Part shown: one piece after another, positions 57,235-64,000 of the stretch | Layout of the letters: the number at the start of each line of letters is the position of its first letter | Position numbering within the stretch: position 1 is the stretch's first letter | NCBI GenBank assembly: GCA_016870515.1 | Contig: VGBL01000003.1 | Coordinates: 103,430-167,429, forward strand | Length of the DNA stretch: 64,000 nucleotides | Direction: 5' to 3' | Origin: Actinomycetota bacterium | GTDB lineage: Bacteria; Actinomycetota; Actinomycetes; S36-B12 | Position numbers and translations under genes: made by a program | Notes under the pieces: generated by a model | The model's input: the letters and a program-made list of their open reading frames with translations, nothing else | Database searches by the model: none | Told to the model about the DNA's origin: nothing

Positions 57235-58013
57235 GGGTTGTTGAACTCCGCCTTACCCGGGCCGTGTTCGAGAAAGGACCGCATGCCGATCTCCTGGTCG
57301 CGGGTGCCGAAGAGGGCGGAGAAGTGCACTCGCTCGATCTCCAGTCCCGTGTCGATGTCGGTCTCGATTCCGCGATCGATCGCGGCCTTCGCCGCACGCG
57401 TGGCAAACGCCGGACCGGCGGCGAGCTGCCGCGCCCACTCCACGGCCGACGAGTAGACAGCGTCGGGGGCCACCACCTGGTCGACAAGACCGATGCGCAG
57501 TGCCTCGTCAGCCGACACGAATCGGCCGGAGAGGATGAGCTCCTTGGCTCGAGCGGTGCCGATGACACGCGGCAGCCGCTGAGTGCCGCCGGCTCCGGGG
57601 ATTATGCCGAGCAGGATCTCGGGCTGGCCCAACCTGGCGTTGTCTCCGGCGACGCGGAAGTCGCAGCACAGGGCCAGCTCGCATCCCCCGCCGAGCGCAA
57701 AGCCGGTGATGGCGGCGATCGTGGGCTGCGCGATGTTGGCGACGGCAGTGAAGGCCGACTGGAGTTCGCCCGTGCGTGCCAGGGCGTCGGTGAGCGACCA
57801 GTCAGCCATCTCCCTGACATCCGCGCCCGCCGCGAAGATCTTGGGGCCGCCGTAGACGATGACCGCGCGTACGTCGGCCCGCTCGGAGACCTCGCGAGCC
57901 GCGGCGCGCATCTCCTCCTGCACCTGCACGGACAGGGCGTTCATGGGAGGGCGCTCCAGGCGAATGGTCGCGATCGCGTCGCTGGCCTCCCACGACACGA
58001 ATTCGCCGCCCAC
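57231..58013 (-). CDS. enoyl-CoA hydratase/isomerase family protein
   Basis: ...IATIRLERPPMNAL...AITGFALGGGCELALCCDFRVA... GTG 58013 is preceded by GGGAGG at 6 nt; GTG 58043 is an alternative. Confidence 0.85.
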   Translation of the reverse strand: MGGEFVSWEASDAIATIRLERPPMNALSVQVQEEMRAAAREVSERADVRAVIVYGGPKIFAAGADVREMADWSLTDALARTGELQSAFTAVANIAQPTIAAITGFALGGGCELALCCDFRVAGDNARLGQPEILLGIIPGAGGTQRLPRVIGTARAKELILSGRFVSADEALRIGLVDQVVAPDAVYSSAVEWARQLAAGPAFATRAAKAAIDRGIETDIDTGLEIERVHFSALFGTRDQEIGMRSFLEHGPGKAEFNNP

Positions 58014-58109
58014 GACATGCCTCCCTCTTGCCCGCTCGAGCACCGGGCTGGTCCCAGGAGCCTAGTAGCGTGCAGCGAGGACAGTCAGCCCCCCGGCAGC
58101 AAGGACGGC

Positions 58110-60212
58110 ATGGACCACGAGATCGATGGATCCGGGTCGTGGGACCCGCTCGGCGTGACACTCGACGCCACGGGGGCCAACGTCGCCCTGTGGGCCCCGG
58201 GAGCCGACGCGGTCGACCTGTGCCTCTTCGATGCAGATGGCACCGAGACCCCGATCCGGCTGCCGGAGCAGACCTTCGGGGTTTTCCACGGGCACGTGAG
58301 CGCCGTGGCCGAGGGCACCGCATACGGGTTCCGCGTCGACGGTCCATGGGATCCGGCCAGCGGGCGCCGCTGGAACCACGCCAAACTGCTGCAGGATCCC
58401 TACGCCCACGCCATGGATGGTGCCTTTCGCCTGACACCGGCCGTGTTCGGCAACGTCGGCACCGACGATCTGCTGCGCAACGACGACGACTCCGCGCCGT
58501 TCGTGCCGCGATCGATCGCCGTGGGCTCGGCCTTCGACTGGTACGGCGACCAGCCCCTCAACATTCCGTGGAACGACACGATCATCTACGAGACCCACGT
58601 CAAGGGGCTCACCATGCGTCATCCCGACGTGCCCGAGCACCTTCGCGGCACCTATGCCGGACTCGCGCATCCCGCGGTGGTCGACCACCTCACTCAACTC
58701 GGCGTCACCGCCATCGAACTCATGCCCATCCACCACTTCGTCGATGAAGTGCATCTACTCGAGCTCGGCCTCACCAACTACTGGGGCTACAACACCCTGG
58801 GCTTTTTCGCTCCGCATGCTGCCTACAGCTCTGTCGGGGGCCGCGGTGGCCAGGTGCGCGAGTTCAAGGAGATGGTGCGCACCCTTCACCAGGCTGGCCT
58901 CGAGGTCATCCTCGACGTCGTCTACAACCACACCGCCGAGGGCAACGAGTTCGGCCCCACGCTGTCCTTCCGCGGCATCTGCAACCCGGGCTACTACCGG
59001 CTGAGCGATGGCCGGCACTACACCGACTACACCGGGTGCGGAAACACCCTCGACGTGTCGAATCCCCACGTGCTGCAGATGGTCATGGACTCCCTGCGCT
59101 ACTGGGTGCAGGAGATGCACGTCGACGGGTTCCGCTTCGACCTGGCTGCCGCTCTCGCGCGGTCGTTCCACGACGTCGACATGCTGGGCGCCTTCGTTAC
59201 GACGATCCAGCAAGACCCGATCCTTCGTCGCGCCAAGCTCATCGCCGAGCCCTGGGACGTCGGGCCCGGTGGCTACCAGGTGGGCGAGTTCCCCACACTG
59301 TGGACCGAGTGGAACGGCAAGTACCGCGACTGCCTGCGCGACTTCTGGCGCGGGGCGACCGGGGTTGGCGAACTAGGCTGGCGTCTGTCCGGCTCCGCCG
59401 ATCTGTACGCAGGAGACGGCCGTCGGCCCTATGCCTCGATCAACTTCATCACCGCCCACGACGGCTTCCCGATGCGCGACCTGTCCACCTACGAGCACAA
59501 GCACAACGAGGCCAATCTCGAGGACAACCGAGACGGCACGGACGACAATCGCTCGGCGAACTACGGCCATGAGGGCGAGACCGACGGCGAAGGCATCAAC
59601 TCGATTCGCCACCGTCAGATTCTCAACATGATGACCACCCTCCTGCTGGCCACAGGCGTGCCCATGATGCTCGGCGGCGATGAGATCGGGCGCACGCAGG
59701 GAGGCAATAACAACGCCTACTGCCAAGACAACGAGATCTCGTGGTTCGACTGGCACCTGGAGCCGTGGCAGCGCCAGGTCCTCGACGTCACGCGCGCCCT
59801 CGTGCGCCTGCGCCGAGGCCATCGCGTCTTCCGGCAGCGCTTCTTCTTCGACGGACGCCCTGTTCGCGAGGGAGGAGCGCCCGACCTCGCGTGGCTGGGG
59901 CCCGATGGCCAGCCCCTTACCGACGAGGAATGGAACGCCGGATGGACCAAGACCCTCGGGATGTACCTGTCGGGTGAGGTTCATCCGGTGCCCGGCGAAC
60001 CCGCCCTAGCCCCGGACGACTCATTCCTACTGCTCCTGCACGCCTCGGATGACGAGATCGACTTCACGATGCCCGGAGCACCCTTCGGCACGGCGTACAC
60101 CACCGTGATCGACACGGCCGATGACGTCGCCGGGCCCGAGCGCACCTACCGCGCCAGCGAGGCCATCCGACTTACGCCGCGCTCGAGCGTGCTGCTGCGC
60201 GTGGGCAACTAG
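58110..60212 (+). CDS. glgX: glycogen debranching enzyme
   Basis: MDHEIDGSGSWDPLGVTLDATGANVALWAP...VYNHTAEG...GFRFDLAAAL...EPWD...; GH13 motifs. The track's 334-aa extension is antisense to the echA-like gene and is rejected. Confidence 0.9.
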   Translation: MDHEIDGSGSWDPLGVTLDATGANVALWAPGADAVDLCLFDADGTETPIRLPEQTFGVFHGHVSAVAEGTAYGFRVDGPWDPASGRRWNHAKLLQDPYAHAMDGAFRLTPAVFGNVGTDDLLRNDDDSAPFVPRSIAVGSAFDWYGDQPLNIPWNDTIIYETHVKGLTMRHPDVPEHLRGTYAGLAHPAVVDHLTQLGVTAIELMPIHHFVDEVHLLELGLTNYWGYNTLGFFAPHAAYSSVGGRGGQVREFKEMVRTLHQAGLEVILDVVYNHTAEGNEFGPTLSFRGICNPGYYRLSDGRHYTDYTGCGNTLDVSNPHVLQMVMDSLRYWVQEMHVDGFRFDLAAALARSFHDVDMLGAFVTTIQQDPILRRAKLIAEPWDVGPGGYQVGEFPTLWTEWNGKYRDCLRDFWRGATGVGELGWRLSGSADLYAGDGRRPYASINFITAHDGFPMRDLSTYEHKHNEANLEDNRDGTDDNRSANYGHEGETDGEGINSIRHRQILNMMTTLLLATGVPMMLGGDEIGRTQGGNNNAYCQDNEISWFDWHLEPWQRQVLDVTRALVRLRRGHRVFRQRFFFDGRPVREGGAPDLAWLGPDGQPLTDEEWNAGWTKTLGMYLSGEVHPVPGEPALAPDDSFLLLLHASDDEIDFTMPGAPFGTAYTTVIDTADDVAGPERTYRASEAIRLTPRSSVLLRVGN

Positions 60213-62812
60213 CGCAGATCGCCCTCGGCGAGACCAGCGGTCGGCGCCGGCGCAGCCAGCAGGCCCATCTCGACCGAAGACACCATAGCCTCGTGATGCG
60301 GGAGCACGCGCACGGTGTAACCAAAGGGTCCGGTGCGATCCAGGGTGAGGTCACCCTCGTAGAGCCAGCGGCCCCCATCGAACCCCTCGACCGCCTTGAG
60401 CTCATCGACCTGCGGCGACACGATGCGGTCGTTGTCGTCGACGCGGCCCGACACTACCTGCACGACGACGTCGAGGGGGACGAGCTCGGCCAGCCGCAGG
60501 TGGGCGCGCAGATGGATCGGCGCACCCAGGGATGGCGCGTCACCGACTCCGGAGGCCTCGACATGCTCAACGGCGACCTGGGGCCACGCCCTTCGGACGT
60601 GCTGCTTCCACGAGGCCACCTCCCGACCGAGTCGGTAGTCATCGGCACTCATCGCACGCGAGCCCAGCGCCGCTGGCAGATAGAGCCGCTCGACGTATTC
60701 GCTCACCATGCGGCTCGCGAGGACCTTGGGCCCCAGCGTCTGAAGCATGTGCCGCACCCTGTCGATCCATCGGTGCGGCAGCCCGTCGTGGCCACGGTCA
60801 TAGAAGGCCGGGGCCACCTCGCGCTCGACCAGGTCGTAGAGCGCAGCCGCCTCCAGGTCGTCGCGTCGCTCCATATCATCCACGCCGTCAGCGGTCGGAA
60901 TTGCCCAGCCATTGCGACCGTCGTACCACTCATCCCACCACCCATCGAGGATGGACAGGTTGAGTGCGCCGTTGAGCGCAGCCTTCATGCCCGATGTGCC
61001 ACTCGCCTCGAGGGGGCGGATCGGGTTGTTGAGCCACACGTCGCAGCCGGGATAGAGCACCTGGGCCATGGCGATGTCGTAGTCGGGCAGGAAGACGATT
61101 CGATGGCGCACCTGCGGGTCGTCTGCGAAGCGCACGAGCTCCTGGATCAGGCCCTTACCGCCATCGTCGGCCGGATGAGCCTTGCCCGCCACGACGATCT
61201 GGACGGGCCGATCGGGGTCAAGCAGCAGGGCGCGTAGCCGATGGGGGTCACGCAGCATGAGCGTCAGGCGTTTGTAGGAGGGGACGCGTCGCGCGAAACC
61301 GATGGTGAGCACGTCGGGGTCGAGGACATCGTCGATCCAACCGAGTTCGGCATCGCTCGCACCGCGCGCATTCCATGATGCCCGCAGTCGCGCACGAGCA
61401 TCGTCGACCAGGTGCTGGCGCAGCACTCGCTTGACGGGCCAGATCACGTCGTCGGGTATGCCACCGATGGCTTCCCAGCCCTGGGACTCCTCGATCAGGC
61501 CGGGACCGATCTCGCGCATGGCGATCTCCAAGACCTCCGGCGCGACCCAGGTGGGCGCGTGGACTCCGTTGGTGATGGAAGTGATGAGGACTTCATCGGG
61601 CTCGAAGCCCGGGAAGAGAAAGCTGAACATGCCACGGCTGACCTGGCCGTGAAGCAGGCTCACGCCGTTGGCGCGCTGCGACAGTCGCAGGCCCATGACC
61701 GCCATGTTGAAGACCGACGGATCGCCACCCTCATGGTCTTCGGCGCCCAGGGCAAGGATGTGCTCGATCGGCACCGCTGGGTCGGCATTGTCTCCACCGA
61801 AGAACGTCTCGATGAGCTCGCGCGGGAAGCGATCGATACCCGCCGGCACGGGCGTATGAGTCGTGAACACCGTGCCGGCCCGCACCACTTCGAGCGCCGA
61901 CGCAACATCAAGGCCTTGGCCTGACACGAGCTCGCGGATGCGCTCAAGGCCCAGGAATCCAGCGTGCCCTTCATTGGAGTGGAAGACCTCAGGCTCGGCA
62001 GCCTGACAGATTCGGCAGTACGCGCGGATCGCGCGCACGCCACCGATGCCCAGCAGGACCTCCTGCTGCAGCCGGTGGTCGGAGCCACCGCCGTAGAGGC
62101 GGTCCGTGACCTCCCGGTCGATCGGGTCGTTGTCTTCGACATCGGAGTCGAGGAGGAGAAGCGGCACGCGGCCCACCTGCGCCACCCACACGCGCGCGTG
62201 GAGGGTGCGTCCTGCCGGCATGCCGATCGTGATCGTTGCCGGAGCGCCGGATTCCTCGCGCAGGAGCGTGACCGGCATCTCGTCGGGGTCGACGACCGGA
62301 TAGCTCTCCTGCTGCCATCCGTCGCGCGACAGCCACTGACGGAAGTAGCCGGAGCGATAGAAGAGACCGACTCCGATAATGGGCACGCCGAGGTCGGATG
62401 CGGCCTTGAGGTGATCGCCGGCCAGGATCCCGAGGCCGCCGGAGTACTGCGGGAGCGCGGCCGCGATGCCGTATTCGGGAGAGAAGTAGGCGATCGCCCG
62501 CGGGGCGACAGGACCAAGCGACTGGAACCACGCGTCGCGCTCGAGGTAGTGCCGCAGGTCATCGCGGGCGTGATGCACCCACGCGACGTATCCCTCGTCA
62601 CGCGCCATCTCTTGGAGACGATCGGATGAGACCTCCCCCAGCATGCGCAGGGGATCGTCACCAAGTCGCCGCCACAATTGCGGGTCGAGCGCGGCAAAGA
62701 CTTGACGGGTCGGCTCGTGCCATGACCACCTAAGATTTCCGGCGAGTTCGCTGAGCGGCTCGAGCGGAGCAGGCAGGACCGTGCGGACCGTGAAGCGTCG
62801 GATCGCGCGCAT
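60209..62812 (-). CDS. glgP: alpha-glucan (maltodextrin/glycogen) phosphorylase
   Basis: MRAIRRFTVRTVLP...LRWSWH...AYFSPEYG...EASGTSGMKAALNGALNLS (PLP Lys). ATG 62812. Confidence 0.88.
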   Translation of the reverse strand: MRAIRRFTVRTVLPAPLEPLSELAGNLRWSWHEPTRQVFAALDPQLWRRLGDDPLRMLGEVSSDRLQEMARDEGYVAWVHHARDDLRHYLERDAWFQSLGPVAPRAIAYFSPEYGIAAALPQYSGGLGILAGDHLKAASDLGVPIIGVGLFYRSGYFRQWLSRDGWQQESYPVVDPDEMPVTLLREESGAPATITIGMPAGRTLHARVWVAQVGRVPLLLLDSDVEDNDPIDREVTDRLYGGGSDHRLQQEVLLGIGGVRAIRAYCRICQAAEPEVFHSNEGHAGFLGLERIRELVSGQGLDVASALEVVRAGTVFTTHTPVPAGIDRFPRELIETFFGGDNADPAVPIEHILALGAEDHEGGDPSVFNMAVMGLRLSQRANGVSLLHGQVSRGMFSFLFPGFEPDEVLITSITNGVHAPTWVAPEVLEIAMREIGPGLIEESQGWEAIGGIPDDVIWPVKRVLRQHLVDDARARLRASWNARGASDAELGWIDDVLDPDVLTIGFARRVPSYKRLTLMLRDPHRLRALLLDPDRPVQIVVAGKAHPADDGGKGLIQELVRFADDPQVRHRIVFLPDYDIAMAQVLYPGCDVWLNNPIRPLEASGTSGMKAALNGALNLSILDGWWDEWYDGRNGWAIPTADGVDDMERRDDLEAAALYDLVEREVAPAFYDRGHDGLPHRWIDRVRHMLQTLGPKVLASRMVSEYVERLYLPAALGSRAMSADDYRLGREVASWKQHVRRAWPQVAVEHVEASGVGDAPSLGAPIHLRAHLRLAELVPLDVVVQVVSGRVDDNDRIVSPQVDELKAVEGFDGGRWLYEGDLTLDRTGPFGYTVRVLPHHEAMVSSVEMGLLAAPAPTAGLAEGDLR

Positions 62813-62872
62813 GTCCGCCACGCTAGCGCGTGCACTGTTGCCCACTGAGGCGCCCCGCGACTTGCAGGCCCC

Positions 62873-62896
62873 CTGAAATCTGGCCCGGGATTTCAG
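62873..62896. promoter_or_regulatory. palindromic candidate operator in the glgP-glgE divergent spacer
   Basis: CTGAAATC-N8-GATTTCAG (perfect 8-bp arms) in the AT-richest stretch of the 203-nt spacer. A second GATTTCGG half-site-like copy follows at 62900-62907. Confidence 0.35.
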
Positions 62897-63015
62897 CAGG
62901 ATTTCGGCGCTTTCTGAAGGGTGTTCCTACTCCCCGGTAGCGCCAGTACCCTGGCTGCATGCCGCCTATCCCCTCCGCACGCGGAAGGCGATCGACTAAG
63001 ACCTCGGCAGTAACC

Positions 63016-64000
63016 GTGCCCAACGTCCTCACGGGACGATTCCCGGTGACCGACGTCCAGCCCAGCGTCGAGGGGGGCCGCCTGCCCGCCAAGGCGGTCG
63101 TCGGCGAGGTCGTGCCCCTGCGGGTCACCGCGTTTCGCGAGGGCCATAATGCGCTCGGAGTCGAGGCGGTGCTACGCGGGCCTGACGGCAAGGAGCACGC
63201 CCGGCGGCGCATGGACGACGCGGCCACCGGCCTCGACCAATGGGTGACCACCGTGACTGCGGACTATGAGGGCGACTGGTCATTCACCATAGAGGCTTGG
63301 GGTGATCCGTGGGCCACGTGGTCACACCGTGCAGGCATCAAGGTGGCTGCCGGGATCGACATCGAGCTCGAGTTTTCCGAGGGGTCCCTCCTACTCGAGC
63401 GCGTGCAGGAATCGTTGGCGGCATCGCAGCGTACGCAACTAGCCACCCTGCAGGCAGCCATCACGACCCTGCACAACGATGCGCTGCCTCCCGTCGTCCG
63501 CTACGCCGCGACGCAGGATGATGCCGTTGCCGCGATCATGGTCACCAATCCGATTCGCGACGGGGTGACGCAGAGCGGTCCCTGGCCGCTCATGGTCGAA
63601 CGGCGTCGCGCCCTCGTCGGCTCGTGGTACGAGTTCTTCCCGCGCAGCGAAGGCGCCACGTCCCGTAAGTCCGGCACCTTTGCCACCGCCGCCAAGCGCC
63701 TACCCGCCGTCGCCGCGATGGGCTTCGATGTCGTCTACCTCCCGCCCATCCACCCCATCGGCACGACCCATCGCAAGGGACGCAACAACTCGCTCAACGC
63801 CAAGGCCGGCGATCCGGGATCCCCGTGGGCGATCGGATCCGCCGCCGGTGGTCACGATGCCCTCCACCCCGATCTCGGATCCGAGGCCGATTTCGCCGCC
63901 TTCGTCGCCGCCGCGAAAGCTGCCGGACTCGACGTCGCGATCGACCTGGCGCTCCAGGCATCGCCGGACCATCCCTGGGTCACCACCCACCCCGAGTGGT
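63016..64000 (+). CDS. glgE: alpha-1,4-glucan:maltose-1-phosphate maltosyltransferase (5' part; runs off window end)
   Basis: Hand translation from GTG 63016: VPNVLTGRFPVTDVQPSVEGGRLPAKAVVGEVVPLRVTAFREGHNALGVEAVLRGPDG...YEFFPRSEG...FDVVYLPPIHPIG...DLALQASPDHPWV. No stop in the window, so it is absent from the ORF track. Confidence 0.85.
   Translation, partial: MPNVLTGRFPVTDVQPSVEGGRLPAKAVVGEVVPLRVTAFREGHNALGVEAVLRGPDGKEHARRRMDDAATGLDQWVTTVTADYEGDWSFTIEAWGDPWATWSHRAGIKVAAGIDIELEFSEGSLLLERVQESLAASQRTQLATLQAAITTLHNDALPPVVRYAATQDDAVAAIMVTNPIRDGVTQSGPWPLMVERRRALVGSWYEFFPRSEGATSRKSGTFATAAKRLPAVAAMGFDVVYLPPIHPIGTTHRKGRNNSLNAKAGDPGSPWAIGSAAGGHDALHPDLGSEADFAAFVAAAKAAGLDVAIDLALQASPDHPWVTTHPEW

Overview
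High-GC Actinomycetota chromosomal window that is almost entirely coding: about 60 CDS and 2 tRNAs. I saw no rRNA, CRISPR, IS or prophage features. The gene order matches the conserved actinobacterial core block that in M. tuberculosis runs roughly Rv2965c to Rv3039c (synteny recalled, not computed). In order: DUF177-coaD-rsmD-recG-yloV, rpmB, thiL, ddl, gpsA-plsC, cofC, hupB, leuCD, gltX plus tRNA-Gln/tRNA-Glu, cimA, ilvE, leuB, leuA, serA, ilvBNC, ilvD, gatCAB, ligA, mnmA/cysteine desulfurase, etfBA, an MGLP-like methylglucan cluster, and glgX/glgP/glgE. Many ORF-track entries are over-extended at the N-terminus or are antisense artefacts of the high GC, so I re-set starts by hand. The most notable unexplained structure is three tiny leader ORFs: Ile-Ile-Ile before cimA, Leu-Leu-Leu before leuA, and Ile/Val-rich before ilvB. 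Each has a TAnnnT box 6-7 nt upstream of its start codon (leaderless geometry). Each is followed by GC hairpins, and the cimA and ilvB hairpins end in U-tracts. Together they suggest a branched-chain amino-acid attenuation regulon, and the cimA member appears to be undescribed. Two variable slots carry poorly understood genes. (i) Between ilvC and serA lies a photolyase-family protein with FeS-BCP-like cysteines and an apparently permuted domain order. It is translationally coupled to a DUF2256-DUF3253 zinc-ribbon protein and sits next to a frameshifted heme-binding beta-barrel gene. (ii) Divergent from ilvB lies a four-gene, start/stop-overlapping operon: rhodanese, Gfo/Idh/MocA dehydrogenase, a 585-aa unknown protein and an SDR. 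All family assignments come from motif recognition by eye; no database search was possible.
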